Made by a program: the position numbers and the translations under genes | Notes under the pieces: model-generated | What the model saw: the letters and a program-made list of their open reading frames with translations, nothing else | The model's database searches: none | What the model was told of the DNA's origin: nothing | Part shown: positions 8,689 through 18,757 of the stretch, piece after piece | Position numbering within the stretch: position 1 is the stretch's first letter | Layout of the letters: each line of letters starts with the position of its first letter | Source: an uncultured virus (IMG/VR IMGVR_UViG_3300042887_005646) | Lineage: Duplodnaviria; Heunggongvirae; Uroviricota; Caudoviricetes | Strand: one strand, 5' to 3' | Virus record (IMG/VR): IMGVR_UViG_3300042887_005646 | DNA length: 64,000 nt

Positions 8689-9330
8689 TTAGCCCTTACG
8701 GAGATTCGCCGCCGCCTTGGCCTTGGCGTCAGCATCTTGCTTAGCGAGCTTGAGGCGCGAACGAACCCCCTTTCGAGAAACTTCCTCAGCATCAAGCGCC
8801 TTCTTAGACGCTTCAACTTGGCTCTTGAGGTCGGCGTTAGCGGGGTCGGTCTTGTACTGCTCGGTCAGAGTGGCGAAGGCATCGCGCATCTCATTGAGCC
8901 GCCTCTTAGCCGCAGCGTTCTCAGCAGTCACAGCCTCAAGGGTCTTGCGGGCCTCCTTAGCATCGGCCTTGGCCGAGGAGACAGCAGAGACATGGTCAGG
9001 GCTCTTAGCAATAATCTGGAAGGCAGCCTTCTTAGCCGCCAGGTACTGCGACTCGCGCATCAGAAGGCTGTACTTGTCAGAGAGCTCGGCCATGACCTCA
9101 GCCATCTCAGCTTCGTACTTATTCTTAGAATCGTAGTAGGCAAACTTGGCCTTCTCGTAGGCCTGGACCAGGGACTCTTGCTTGCTCGGCTTAGTCTCAG
9201 CAGCAGGGGCCTCAGCAGCAGGGGCCTCAGCAGCAGGGGCCTCAGCAGCAGGGGCCTCAGCAGCAGGGGCCTCAGCAGCAGGGGCCTGGTCAACAACAGT
9301 GTCAGTGCTAACAGTATCAATCTCGCTCAT
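8689..9330 (-). CDS. Coiled-coil protein with N-terminal APAAE repeats
   Basis: 213 aa; 15-nt unit x6 at 9196-9285; Ala/Lys/Glu-rich helical body; GAGGA SD. Confidence 0.8.
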   Translation of the reverse strand: MSEIDTVSTDTVVDQAPAAEAPAAEAPAAEAPAAEAPAAEAPAAETKPSKQESLVQAYEKAKFAYYDSKNKYEAEMAEVMAELSDKYSLLMRESQYLAAKKAAFQIIAKSPDHVSAVSSAKADAKEARKTLEAVTAENAAAKRRLNEMRDAFATLTEQYKTDPANADLKSQVEASKKALDAEEVSRKGVRSRLKLAKQDADAKAKAAANLRKG

Positions 9331-9390
9331 CTTGTCCTCTCATCTGTGGCCTCTCGGCCGTTGTAGGTTCTTAGCGTGTTCTTCTGCGGT

Positions 9391-9418
9391 GTATATGCAG
9401 CACACGGAGTCAAGTCAA
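9391..9418 (-). promoter_or_regulatory. Sigma70-type promoter candidate
   Basis: TTGACT-17 nt-TATACA on the minus strand in an intergenic gap. Confidence 0.5.
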
Positions 9419-9426
9419 GTTATTTT

Positions 9427-10005
9427 TTAATTGAAGGCGCCCAAAGAGATCAGCTTACTGTAGTGCTCCACGACAGACTCTTTGCATTTGTGAGTCACAA
9501 AGCCCATGAGCGTCTCAGAGAAACGGTCCTCTCCCATTCTGTTTTTGGCCGCCAACACTTTCTTTAAGAGTGAGCTTGTCTCAGGGGAGTCCTCGTCATC
9601 ACCCGCGTCATCACCCGCGTCATCACCCGCGTCATCACCCGCGTCATCGGCCTCAGCATCGCCGCTCTTATTAAGCGGGCTAATCACAGCGCCGTTTGAT
9701 TTAGCTACGACGCGATCAACATCGCCGGCATGAGTAAGACTTTGGATGAAGGCGTCCACATCCTCAGGAGGGAAGCCGTGAGAGGTGAAGCGAAGATCAA
9801 AGCCCTTTTTATTAGAGTTAGCCTCTCTAATCGGCGTAGTGAACTCACCAGTCTCATCGTTCTGGAGATGAGCCATAATGATAGGCACACCCGCTTCAGA
9901 AGCTAAAGCAGCTATGATTCTAACAACATCAGGCAGACTTAGATTATTTATCTTAGCCGCTATCTGATCTACTTGCTCATCCGAAATGCCTTTGCCGTGT
10001 CTCAT
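9427..10005 (-). CDS. Hypothetical protein with DAGD repeats
   Basis: 192 aa; GAGGA SD; 12-nt repeat x4. Confidence 0.75.
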   Translation of the reverse strand: MRHGKGISDEQVDQIAAKINNLSLPDVVRIIAALASEAGVPIIMAHLQNDETGEFTTPIREANSNKKGFDLRFTSHGFPPEDVDAFIQSLTHAGDVDRVVAKSNGAVISPLNKSGDAEADDAGDDAGDDAGDDAGDDEDSPETSSLLKKVLAAKNRMGEDRFSETLMGFVTHKCKESVVEHYSKLISLGAFN

Positions 10006-10029
10006 CGAGTCCTCTCTAGGGTGGGGTGT

Positions 10030-10455
10030 CTAGTTTAAGTCTTTTTTATTTGCTGCTTTGCTTGGCTTACCAGTGGCGAGTTCAAGCCCCTGTTTAATCC
10101 GCATCCTTCCTACGCACTCTGATACATTCAGTTCAGCCTCTTTAATACCGAGCGTGGCAGCTCCGTTGAGCTTCATCGCAGCACTCATCACTAGCCTAGC
10201 AGCGAGAGCGTAGTCGTACCCGGCATTGTCTTTTCTATCTTCGTTTATCCCGTCCATGGTTGACTCCATGACTGAGAAAGATATCTGCCTGGAGATTTTG
10301 GTAAGCGCCGTGACACTATCTGCAAACTTTATGAGAGCCTCAGACAGTTCAGCCCACCTCCCCGCCTCTTTTTCGGACAGGCTACCTTGGATAGCCTCAG
10401 CGAGGGCCATATAGTTTTTAGCTAAGTCAATTATCGAGTCTTGTTCTGAGCTCAT
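10030..10455 (-). CDS. Hypothetical protein
   Basis: 141 aa; ATGA overlap with the upstream gene. Confidence 0.75.
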   Translation of the reverse strand: MSSEQDSIIDLAKNYMALAEAIQGSLSEKEAGRWAELSEALIKFADSVTALTKISRQISFSVMESTMDGINEDRKDNAGYDYALAARLVMSAAMKLNGAATLGIKEAELNVSECVGRMRIKQGLELATGKPSKAANKKDLN

Positions 10456-11003
10456 GGCTTAGCCTTCTTAGTCTTACGAGGGGCCTCCACTAAGGCCGGC
10501 TCAGGAGCAGACTCAGGAGCAGACTCAGGAGCAGACTCAGGCGCCTCCGCTAGGGCCGGCGCAGGAGCAGACTCAGGAGCAGACTCGGGAGCAGGGACTT
10601 CCTGGATATCCAACAGCGAAGCGCCCGCCTCTTCCCGCATACGGGCAATCGTAGCATCCGCAGTCTCGCCACTAGCGGCGTTAGCAATATCCTCAATGAG
10701 GGATTCTCTGCGCGAGTCTATGCTGTCGTAGAAGAACTTTAGAGCTTCCATCCGTGGACGATTCCCATCTTGCTTAGCAAGAGCGTGGGCTAGGGAGATC
10801 TCAGAAGATACTTCATCAAGCTTAGTGATAAGATAATGAACAGCCGCGGTGACGCGGTAGTACAGTTCACGCTTCTCATCACAGGCGGCAAAGAGGTTGC
10901 GAATCCGACCCTCGTAGTCGCCCTTGATCTCGTTGTAAGCAGCCTCGAGATCAGCCTCGCTGATCGCAGGAGCCGGGATTGATCTAATAATCTTTTTCGC
11001 CAT
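10452..11003 (-). CDS. Hypothetical protein with APES repeats
   Basis: 183 aa; GAGGAG SD. Confidence 0.75.
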   Translation of the reverse strand: MAKKIIRSIPAPAISEADLEAAYNEIKGDYEGRIRNLFAACDEKRELYYRVTAAVHYLITKLDEVSSEISLAHALAKQDGNRPRMEALKFFYDSIDSRRESLIEDIANAASGETADATIARMREEAGASLLDIQEVPAPESAPESAPAPALAEAPESAPESAPESAPEPALVEAPRKTKKAKP

Positions 11004-11033
11004 TCGTTACTCCTCTCTGTTGTCGATTTATTT

Positions 11034-11285
11034 TTATTCAGATGCCGCCGTAAGAGCCTGGCGGATACGATTAAGCTGAGACACGACGGCGCCACCACAA
11101 AAGGTAATGAACCCCATCAGCGCAATAAGAAAGCACTCAATCTCCTGGATCGAAGTCTCCGCAGCCTGAAAGTAGCCCCAAGCAATAACGAGCATAACAA
11201 TACCCACGAGGTAGAGAAATGCGGCCATGCCTCCGACTGTCTGCTCAAGGGCGGGCTTGTTAGTATTAGATTCAGTGTTGTCCAT
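11034..11285 (-). CDS. Small membrane protein (2 predicted TM helices)
   Basis: 83 aa; two hydrophobic stretches; GAGGTG SD. Confidence 0.75.
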   Translation of the reverse strand: MDNTESNTNKPALEQTVGGMAAFLYLVGIVMLVIAWGYFQAAETSIQEIECFLIALMGFITFCGGAVVSQLNRIRQALTAASE

Positions 11286-11315
11286 ATGTCACCTCTCTTG
11301 TTTATTTGTTTTTAT

Positions 11316-11900
11316 TTACCAGTCAGCCCGATAGTAGACAGCGAAGCCGGCGCTAAGTAGCTTACGCGCCTTAGCTACAAACAACAGGTCGTCTGCCTTA
11401 GTGGCCTCATCTTGCTCATTGTCGCCGAAGAAAGGACCCTCGGTAAGCGGGAGAGCCTCCGCCTTGATGTCGGCCTCGAGCCGAGCCAGATCATGTAGAG
11501 TAATACGGATAGCTTCCCTATTGAACTGGCTGACTGGCCTAGAGTGCTCTTTCTTTATCACCTCTAGCATTTCAGGGTGGTTAGCGCGAAGCTCTTCCAG
11601 AGTAGGCGGCTTCTTCGTAATCTTCCCATCGGGCGTAGTCATCTTCCCATCGGGCGTAGTAATATTAAGGATAATCGACCTGCCGATTTCCTTCTCGACG
11701 TCAATCGGAGGATCCTGCATGGTCTTTTCAATCATGCCGGATTCGATGCAGCGCATAGCCCAAAGTCGCTCCATCCACCCGTGAAGCCGAGCGTGCTTGC
11801 GCCACTTGTGAATGCCGACAAGCTCTTTAGGGTTGAATACATTGAAGTGGTCGATAGCGTTTTCGCTATGCGTACCATAAGCACACATGTCTAATCCCAT
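11316..11900 (-). CDS. Conserved phage hypothetical protein (MGLDM...WRKH..LHGW...FF family), paralog of 16460..16900
   Basis: 194 aa; shared motifs MGLDM, WRKHxxLHGWM, LPxTxGxFFG; carries an insertion relative to the paralog. Confidence 0.8.
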   Translation of the reverse strand: MGLDMCAYGTHSENAIDHFNVFNPKELVGIHKWRKHARLHGWMERLWAMRCIESGMIEKTMQDPPIDVEKEIGRSIILNITTPDGKMTTPDGKITKKPPTLEELRANHPEMLEVIKKEHSRPVSQFNREAIRITLHDLARLEADIKAEALPLTEGPFFGDNEQDEATKADDLLFVAKARKLLSAGFAVYYRADW

Positions 11901-11931
11901 CTTTGTTCTCCTTTACCGGGGGGTGGTACTA

Positions 11932-11960
11932 GCTCTAGGCTAGATTAAAGAATCTGTCAA
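11932..11960 (-). promoter_or_regulatory. Sigma70-type promoter candidate
   Basis: TTGACA-17 nt-TAGAGC upstream of 11900. Confidence 0.45.
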
Positions 11961-11970
11961 GCGCAGGCTA

Positions 11971-12129
11971 TTAGTTTTTACGATCTTTACTTTCATATTT
12001 AATGGCCATCTCGAGCATCTCTGCCGGAGACTTACCCTGATAAGAGTTAAGGATCTCTTTAAGCTCTACAGCGGCTTTAGCATCGCCGAGAGCAACCCTA
12101 TTAACCAGTTTAGCAATTTTACTGTTCAT
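11971..12129 (-). CDS. Small hypothetical protein (52 aa), paralog of 4016..4171
   Basis: Start moved to MNSKIAK with AAGGAG SD; paralog similarity. Confidence 0.8.
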   Translation of the reverse strand: MNSKIAKLVNRVALGDAKAAVELKEILNSYQGKSPAEMLEMAIKYESKDRKN

Positions 12130-12158
12130 TTTTATTCTCCTTTTTGTTGGCGCCAGGT

Positions 12159-12205
12159 CGCACTGTTGAGCAGAAGGACCACCCCCCCTTCTGCTCAACG
12201 GTGCG
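12159..12205. other. 19-bp intergenic stem-loop
   Basis: cgcactgttgagcagaagg / ccttctgctcaacggtgcg. Confidence 0.7.
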
Positions 12206-12224
12206 GCATAGTGCCGCATTTGTT

Positions 12225-12791
12225 TTACTCTGTAGGAGTAGGAGTAGGAGTAGGAGCAGCAGCGGCAGGCGGCACAATTGCCTTGAAGCAATTGAGCCGC
12301 CGCAGAGCATCAGCCGCCCCGGACACAGGCATATCAACTAGAACCAGATTCCTTCTCTGGAGCGTCCAGAATCTGAGCATGAGCCGGCCGGAAAGAAGGC
12401 CCCGAGCCATCTTCAAACCAGAGTCATCCCAGAACCTAAGGCTCTCTGAGTCGTCAGAGACGTTAGCCTCTTCAGTCTCAACAGTGGCGTCTCCAGCTCT
12501 ATACTCCACAGAAGCCGTCCTTATGATGCTAGAACCCGAGTAGTCGGAGTCGTAGTCAACCAGAATGTTTTTGAAGTTAAAGGAGACAGAGGGTGTGTTA
12601 CGACCAGCGATGCAGCTTGCCATTACGAACCCACTAGTTCCGGCCGAGGTAAAGTCAGCGGTAGCAAAGACACTAACTTTATCCGTCATCTTGTCGACCA
12701 CCTCATGCAGCACCCACGCATCTTTCGCGTGGGCATCGGCAGCTACAAGAGTGGAAAGAAGACAGATTGCACTACTAATAATTCTCTTCAT
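12225..12791 (-). CDS. Secreted protein with signal peptide
   Basis: 188 aa; MKRIISSAICLLSTLVAADAHA signal with AxA cleavage; PT-repeat tail. Confidence 0.8.
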   Translation of the reverse strand: MKRIISSAICLLSTLVAADAHAKDAWVLHEVVDKMTDKVSVFATADFTSAGTSGFVMASCIAGRNTPSVSFNFKNILVDYDSDYSGSSIIRTASVEYRAGDATVETEEANVSDDSESLRFWDDSGLKMARGLLSGRLMLRFWTLQRRNLVLVDMPVSGAADALRRLNCFKAIVPPAAAAPTPTPTPTE

Positions 12792-12880
12792 GACTCCTCC
12801 TTAGGAGTTTGTGGGTGGGTAACTTTAGAGATTAGAGACAAGAGCCTCGGAGAGAGCCTCAGGATCAAGCAGATTTAATT

Positions 12881-13114
12881 TCAGACGCAGTACCAGCTCT
12901 GAAGATACCAGCCACAAGCCTCTGTCTCTGGATTTTCACAGAGCGTGTAACTACATCTATCATTATCGTAGTGGGCGCAGTCTCCATACTCGCTTGCGTA
13001 GTAGCCACTCATTTGTGCTCCCTCGTAGGAGTCTGGAGCGCTATCGCAGGGGTCGCATCCCTGCATGAACAATGTCGATGCCAACAGACAAAGACCGCAG
13101 ATAATTCTCTTCAT
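12881..13114 (-). CDS. Small Cys-rich lipoprotein
   Basis: 77 aa; lipobox-like MQGC after a hydrophobic stretch; 6 further Cys. Confidence 0.75.
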   Translation of the reverse strand: MKRIICGLCLLASTLFMQGCDPCDSAPDSYEGAQMSGYYASEYGDCAHYDNDRCSYTLCENPETEACGWYLQSWYCV

Positions 13115-13147
13115 GACTCCTCCTTAGGAGTTTGGGGGTGGGTAACT

Positions 13148-14671
13148 TTAGAGCTTAGCGGCAGCCTCTTCCATCTTAGAGACAATCTCCTTGGAGAGAG
13201 CCTCAAGATCGAGCGTGGCCTTAGCGCCGGAGCATACAGTCTGCTTGTCGCGGAGTAGGCGCCAGGTAGCGCCGAACCCGTCGTCGTATCGGATAACAAT
13301 CGAGAAGCCGCGGGTTTCGACCACAGCCTTGCCAGTCTTCTTAATACTAGACCTGACCTCGTCGGTGTCGAGCAGGTAGCCCAGGTTAGCTTTCTCCACG
13401 GCGCGCTGAGCCTCCATGATCGCCGTCACCTTGCGAAGGTCCTCGTCGATCTTGTCTTGGAGAGTGTCCGGGACTTCGATCTGAGCCTCAGCCTCGGCCT
13501 CGATCTCAGCCTCGATCTCAGCTTCCTCTTCAGGAGTAAGATCGTTGTCATCATCATAGGCCTCCTCAGACTCCTCAGACTCTTTCGACGAGTCAGCCTC
13601 AGAGACAGAGACGACGACAGAGGCAGCAGCCGGCTTAGCCTTAGCTACCTTCTTTGAAGCCTTCTTAGCCGCCGTCTTGGCATCATGAGCGTCCATCATC
13701 GTGAGTACGCGATCGCCGATGCTAGTAAGGTCGTCGCCGGCCATGCCCCATACCGTTTTATAGATCTGGACCTGAGCCATGATCTCAGAGACCCGCTTTC
13801 TGCGAACGTCATTCTGACCCTCGCGGAGGAACTCTAGCTCTGAAACCTCAGTCTCTAGAGAAGCAAGCGTCTCAAGGAAGTCCTCGCGGGCAACCTCAGA
13901 GGCACCCTGAATCGAGGTGGCGTCCTTCGGCACGTGCATAGTAGTGAATCTAACACTATTGCCCGTAGCCTCAGACATAGCCGCCGCGATCTTGTGGCCC
14001 ACCCCATAGGGGCAGGTCGCGCCATCGAGCCGGGGCAAGAACCAGAAGCCGCCGCGACTTGCGACAGAGAAGCCGCCGCTGCTCTCGAAGCCTACCTTGA
14101 TAGCCTGCTTGAGAGTAGAAGCACTGTGCGCGCTGCACCCATCGAACCTCGCGGCGTCTTCGATAGCCCTATCTGCGAAGGCAGCAAAGTCGAGACAGTC
14201 GGAGCGCGTTAGCGACGGATCGTGCTCGAGATTACGATCAACGTAATCCGCAAGCGTCTCGCCTTGAAGCCTCGCGCCGCAGGTGAAACGCCACCACATA
14301 GCATCGTTAACTTTACGGAAGCTCATCGTGCCAACTGGGGCAAGACGGGCCTTCTCAGTCTCCGAGCTAATGATGTTAACACTGAACTCGTAGCTTGTGA
14401 CGTCCTTGTCTGGATGCCTACACTCGTTAGAGCGCATGGGGCGCTCAGAGCTAGCTCGGCTGACAAGGTGATTTTTCACAAGCTCCTTCCAGCGAACAAG
14501 GGGCGTGCATCCTGCCGGCTTGTAGTTAGGCAGACCGCGATCAGTCAGGGCCTTCTCTACATCAGCAGTGGCCACACACAGGTTCGCAGGAACGTTCCAT
14601 GCGATAGTGCATCCGAGCTTATGCTCATCGGCCAGGTTCATTAGTCCAATCTTCGAATCAACGTTTTCCAT
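13148..14671 (-). CDS. Hypothetical protein (possibly of the DUF3150/DUF6744-like type associated with AAA-VWA operons)
   Basis: 507 aa; AGGAGG SD; GxxIAW and RGGFWFLP motifs recalled from that family (family call tentative). Confidence 0.7.
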   Translation of the reverse strand: MENVDSKIGLMNLADEHKLGCTIAWNVPANLCVATADVEKALTDRGLPNYKPAGCTPLVRWKELVKNHLVSRASSERPMRSNECRHPDKDVTSYEFSVNIISSETEKARLAPVGTMSFRKVNDAMWWRFTCGARLQGETLADYVDRNLEHDPSLTRSDCLDFAAFADRAIEDAARFDGCSAHSASTLKQAIKVGFESSGGFSVASRGGFWFLPRLDGATCPYGVGHKIAAAMSEATGNSVRFTTMHVPKDATSIQGASEVAREDFLETLASLETEVSELEFLREGQNDVRRKRVSEIMAQVQIYKTVWGMAGDDLTSIGDRVLTMMDAHDAKTAAKKASKKVAKAKPAAASVVVSVSEADSSKESEESEEAYDDDNDLTPEEEAEIEAEIEAEAEAQIEVPDTLQDKIDEDLRKVTAIMEAQRAVEKANLGYLLDTDEVRSSIKKTGKAVVETRGFSIVIRYDDGFGATWRLLRDKQTVCSGAKATLDLEALSKEIVSKMEEAAAKL

Positions 14672-14702
14672 GAGTGCCTCCTGTTGGAGTGGTGGTGTTT
14701 CA

Positions 14703-14730
14703 ACAGTAGCGCCTATCTTTACTTTGTCAA
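14703..14730 (-). promoter_or_regulatory. Sigma70-type promoter candidate
   Basis: TTGACA-16 nt-TACTGT upstream of 14671. Confidence 0.5.
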
Positions 14731-14749
14731 GTGTTCACTAGCGCTTTTA

Positions 14750-15124
14750 CTAGTTAGGAAGGAAGCTATCGTCGGCAGCCAAGGCCAGTACGATCGGCGT
14801 GAGGCCATAGACTTCTGTAAGATGCGTGTGATCCGCAGCCCATGAAGGAGGGCGAGTCATATCGACCTTGCCCGCCATGAAGGACACAGCCACGATATGA
14901 GTAAGCTCGCTCTCGCCGAAGCCGTAGACGATGACGAAGTCCGTCATCTCTTTCGGGGTGCCCTTAAGCTCCCTAGAAAGGTTGCGAGGCTCGCCCTTTA
15001 GAACTTCCGGCGTAAGGTCTTTCGGAAAGTACTTAGCGAGACAGCGGGGGTTCTGCCTCAGATTGAGCATGAACTCAAAGAGGCTAATCCCCGCATTAGT
15101 ATAGGGTTGAGTGTTATCAGTCAT
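14750..15124 (-). CDS. Hypothetical protein
   Basis: 124 aa; AGGAG SD. Confidence 0.7.
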   Translation of the reverse strand: MTDNTQPYTNAGISLFEFMLNLRQNPRCLAKYFPKDLTPEVLKGEPRNLSRELKGTPKEMTDFVIVYGFGESELTHIVAVSFMAGKVDMTRPPSWAADHTHLTEVYGLTPIVLALAADDSFLPN

Positions 15125-15133
15125 GAAAGTCTC

Positions 15134-15556
15134 CTATTCGATTTCGCCCGCGTCTGGATTGACGGAAGCTGTTAGAGTGTACCCATCTGGCCACGCGACA
15201 TGTTCGATTAGATCGCTCTCGAAGGTCAGGCCTTCGATCTTTGCGCAGGCCAAGTTTGCGCCTATGAAGCTTGTTCTAGAGAGCTTCGCGCCTCGGAGGT
15301 CCGCCGCGCCCAAGTTTGACTGATTGAGATTAACACCAGTCAGGTTAGCGCCGCACAGAGTAGCGTGCTCAAGGTTAGCGTGCTGCAAGAAAGCCCCCTC
15401 CAGGTTTGCGCCCGTCAGGTCAGCCCCCGGCAGCGAAGCACTCCGCAGATCAGCACCCCTCAAGTCCGCGCCCCGAAGGTCCGCATCCGGTGAGATGAGA
15501 TACTTTTGAGAAAAGTAGTAAACCATCGTTTTATTCGTTTTCTTCTTAGCAGCCAT
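15134..15556 (-). CDS. Pentapeptide repeat protein
   Basis: 140 aa; A(D/N)Lxx repeats; ends in a VAWP cap. Confidence 0.9.
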   Translation of the reverse strand: MAAKKKTNKTMVYYFSQKYLISPDADLRGADLRGADLRSASLPGADLTGANLEGAFLQHANLEHATLCGANLTGVNLNQSNLGAADLRGAKLSRTSFIGANLACAKIEGLTFESDLIEHVAWPDGYTLTASVNPDAGEIE

Positions 15557-15569
15557 GTTACTTCTCCTC

Positions 15570-15779
15570 TTAGGGGGTGAGATTGTCTAGGGCATCGGCG
15601 GCGATTCCGTCGCGTGTCTCAAAGTATGAGGTAAAGAGGTTCACGCCGCGCTCGGCTACGGCATCAGCGACCTTTTGCCACTCCTCATCAGTGAGAGAGA
15701 CTGAATAGATCTGTTCGATCTCTTCACGGCTAAAGGTGATTGTGAAAGTGCATTCATTGTCGTTAATCGTTTTACTCAT
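15570..15779 (-). CDS. Small acidic hypothetical protein
   Basis: 69 aa; GAGGAG SD; fills the operon gap. Confidence 0.65.
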   Translation of the reverse strand: MSKTINDNECTFTITFSREEIEQIYSVSLTDEEWQKVADAVAERGVNLFTSYFETRDGIAADALDNLTP

Positions 15780-15794
15780 AGCGAGCGTCTCCTC

Positions 15795-16397
15795 TTAAGT
15801 GTTAATCGTATCGGGGTGATTGACCGGCCACACTACATCCCGAATCTTTGCGCCGTGTAGTTTAACATCGGTAAGGCAAGCTCCGGTGAAGTTAGCGCCC
15901 TCTAGATTCGCGCCTGTCAGGTCAGCGCCAGTCAGGTCAGCGCCCGACAAGTTCGCATTAATCAGGTTAGCGTCTTTAAGATTGGCGCGGATGAGGGTAG
16001 CTCGCCTTAGGTTGGCGTCCTCAAGGTTGGCACCCTCAAGGTCGGCAAAGGACAGCCCAAGCTCCTCAAGATCCGCGCACTCTAGGTTAGCGCCCTTCTC
16101 GAGTATATACTTCTTAGTTACACAACGAGTGTTTGCTTCCCTCTCCGTCTTGAGATTGTGGAAGTGGTGTTGCGCGTATGATAGTGGGATAGAGGCGTGC
16201 GTCTCGATACTGTCTAGCAGCGACTCAATGTCCCTAAGCTTAGCCATGGTTAGAGTGCCACTATTCATAATAGAGATAGCCGTCAGAGCTGTACTAACAA
16301 GCTTCTGACCATCATCTCGGATCGCGTTTAGGACGCTGCGAAGCTCTTCCTCGTCGGACCCGTCACCCCATTTATTACTATCTCTCCAATCGCTCAT
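15795..16397 (-). CDS. Pentapeptide repeat protein with N-terminal helical domain
   Basis: 200 aa; C-terminal half is A(D/N)Lxx repeats with a VVWP cap. Confidence 0.9.
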   Translation of the reverse strand: MSDWRDSNKWGDGSDEEELRSVLNAIRDDGQKLVSTALTAISIMNSGTLTMAKLRDIESLLDSIETHASIPLSYAQHHFHNLKTEREANTRCVTKKYILEKGANLECADLEELGLSFADLEGANLEDANLRRATLIRANLKDANLINANLSGADLTGADLTGANLEGANFTGACLTDVKLHGAKIRDVVWPVNHPDTINT

Positions 16398-16422
16398 CTA
16401 GCCCTCCTCTAGTCTAGTGCTA

Positions 16423-16451
16423 AAGATAGCACTGTTGTTTGTGTCAGTCAA
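16423..16451 (-). promoter_or_regulatory. Sigma70-type promoter candidate
   Basis: TTGACT-17 nt-TATCTT upstream of 16397. Confidence 0.55.
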
Positions 16452-16459
16452 GCGTTTGT

Positions 16460-16900
16460 CTACCACCAGGAGTTGTAGTAAACGGCATGCCCGTTCTTTA
16501 TAAGCTCAGCCGCATCTTCGATGAACTTGATGTCCTCGGCCTTGGTCTCTTCGTCTGGCGGGTTATCACCGAAGAAGAACCCGTTAGTCGCAGGCAGGTT
16601 GTCGCTGACTACATCTTCACGCAGCTCAGCCAGATCCTCTAGAGTTAGACGGACAGGAGTGCAGTTGAAGTCGTCCGGAGTAGGGTTAGCGTCACTCAAG
16701 CCAGTAAGGGCGTTGATGCCCTTACTAACAGCCGATGCGACTGTTACCTTGCTCATCCAGAGACGCGTCATCCACCCGTGTAGGTCGTGATGCTTCCGCC
16801 AGTAGGCGATTCTCTTCACATTAGGAGAATCCTTCTTGTAGGCGAAATCATCGACCACGTCAGCTTCAGGTACAGAGTAAGCGTACATGTCTAGTCCCAT
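16460..16900 (-). CDS. Conserved phage hypothetical protein (MGLDMY family), paralog of 11316..11900
   Basis: Start moved to MGLDMY (146 aa) with GAGGAG SD; YWRKHHDLHGWM, LPATNGFFFG, YYNSWW. Confidence 0.85.
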   Translation of the reverse strand: MGLDMYAYSVPEADVVDDFAYKKDSPNVKRIAYWRKHHDLHGWMTRLWMSKVTVASAVSKGINALTGLSDANPTPDDFNCTPVRLTLEDLAELREDVVSDNLPATNGFFFGDNPPDEETKAEDIKFIEDAAELIKNGHAVYYNSWW

Positions 16901-17206
16901 TGTTTCTCTCCTCTCTATGTTGTGGGGGGGGGATTTATAATAAACGCCCTTTGTGCATGACATTCGACTCATGTCTTTCCCCGCCGAATGCCATGCACAA
17001 AGAGCATCTACCCGCAGCCTTGGAGGGAGCGGTTGCGTGCGCTCCGTTCTTCATGCTCTCTAGTTTCAATCAATCTGCGCGATGCCGGCCGCGCCCTACC
17101 TTGCGAGCGGCCCGCTCGCGCAGCCTTGGAGGGAGCGGTTGCGTGAGTCCTGGCCACTAAAGCGGCGAAAGGCGCCCCGCCTTGCGAGCGGGGCGCCCCT
17201 ATGAGG

Positions 17207-17698
17207 CTAAGTCTTATTCTTGATGCCTTCGATGTATTCTTTGATCGCGCCCGAAGCGTCGAGCATGCCCTTGATCGCGTCTCGGAGCTTCTTTGTGAGA
17301 GCAAGCTCCTCAGTCATATCGGGCATGTCGTCATCCCGAACGACGAGATACTTCTCCAGAGCGCGAACATCGTTGTTCAGGCTATCCAGAGAGGACGAGA
17401 GGCCGGTAAGCTCCGAAGATGCGTAGGGCAGAGAGATAGTCCGCATGAAGGCACTGGCCGCCATGAGGACGAGAGCGGAGGACGGGTTGTCCTTCGCAAG
17501 CTCACCGATCTTGCCGCCGATGATCTTCGTCAAGACCTCGATAGCCTCCGCCTTGTCGGGAGAGTTATCGCCGTTATCCTCGTCGTCGCCAGAGTCTCCG
17601 ATCGAGTCTCTGAAGGCCTTCTTGGCCTCTTCTGCGCCGTCGAGACGGATGAGAGCGAACTTGTAGATGTCCTTGTCGTTGTTTCCGATACTTGCCAT
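17207..17698 (-). CDS. Hypothetical helical protein
   Basis: 163 aa; AGGAG/AAGG SD. Confidence 0.75.
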   Translation of the reverse strand: MASIGNNDKDIYKFALIRLDGAEEAKKAFRDSIGDSGDDEDNGDNSPDKAEAIEVLTKIIGGKIGELAKDNPSSALVLMAASAFMRTISLPYASSELTGLSSSLDSLNNDVRALEKYLVVRDDDMPDMTEELALTKKLRDAIKGMLDASGAIKEYIEGIKNKT

Positions 17699-17709
17699 GT
17701 TCCCTTCTC

Positions 17710-18156
17710 CTAGTTGAGGCCGCTCTTGCGGACTGCCTTGATGTATGCGTCACTTTCCGGCGTGCGGAGCGGCGGGAAGTCCGTCGAGACGGCGGACTCC
17801 GGCACAACACCGTGGGCTTCCGTAATACCCTCGTCGTCGAGGGAGAACGCACCCATAGCCTTCATCGCATCGACAGTGCCGATCTGGCAGTCGAGAGCGA
17901 CATTAGTCGCAGACTCGATGCGGCGCATCCAGTCGAGAACGATCTCTTGGACCTCCTCCTCCGAGTCCGTCTCGAACGCCACTTGGAGCACGCCCAGTGG
18001 CGCGTTGTCGGGCTTCTGAGCGGAGACAAGAGTAAACTTGTCACTGGTGCGCTCAGCCGCCTTCACGGCCTTCATGAAGCGAAACGCAAGATCGTCGAAA
18101 CGAGCCGTGTGAGTCGGGAGCATGATCATGTATCTACTAACCTTCTTCTCTGACAT
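17710..18156 (-). CDS. Hypothetical protein
   Basis: Start moved to MSEKKV (148 aa) with AAGGAGG SD and the conserved C-run leader. Confidence 0.75.
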   Translation of the reverse strand: MSEKKVSRYMIMLPTHTARFDDLAFRFMKAVKAAERTSDKFTLVSAQKPDNAPLGVLQVAFETDSEEEVQEIVLDWMRRIESATNVALDCQIGTVDAMKAMGAFSLDDEGITEAHGVVPESAVSTDFPPLRTPESDAYIKAVRKSGLN

Positions 18157-18320
18157 GTTGCCTCCTTGTAGGAGTGGGGGGAACGCATACTCACCGCAAA
18201 GGTGTAAGCACACTAGCAGACAAGCGCAAAGTGTCAAGCACAACCCGTATCAGATACGAGAGGCACAGACCCGCTTGTGGTGGGCGCCACCATTGTGGTG
18301 AGTTATTGTTGTGGCAACAT

Positions 18321-18397
18321 CTACCACTAATGGGGGGCAGCAGGAGCCTCTCCCCCCAGACCGACCACAACCCTCGCGCATTATACGCGCGCGAGGC
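18321..18397. promoter_or_regulatory. Copy 2 of the duplicated 77-bp structured element, in the divergent intergenic region
   Basis: 75/77 identical to 5234-5310; followed by TGGTGGCTC repeats and an AT-rich tract. Confidence 0.65.
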
Positions 18398-18757
18398 CTA
18401 CCGGAGCCGCAACCACTATCCGGCTCTCCCGTAGGATTGTGGTGGCTCCCGTAGGGGTTGTGGTGGCTCTCGTAGAGTAGTGGTGGCTCCGGCAAGGGTG
18501 CTCCAGTAGGACTAAAGCGGCTCTTGCAGATGGCTCGCGCAGGACTAAAGTGGCTCTTGCAGGCAACCCCAGTTTTTTTATTATAACATTATTTTTTTAC
18601 TTTATTTTATTTTTCAGGACCGTCTTTTTTGGGCTTTTGGGCCAAATAGAAAACGCAACCGCTTTATATAGCTTCTGTAAGCGGCTATAGTAAAAGCGCT
18701 CTAGTCCTTAAGCGGCAATAGATCTTATCTAGCAGCCACAGTACCCAGGCGTCGATA

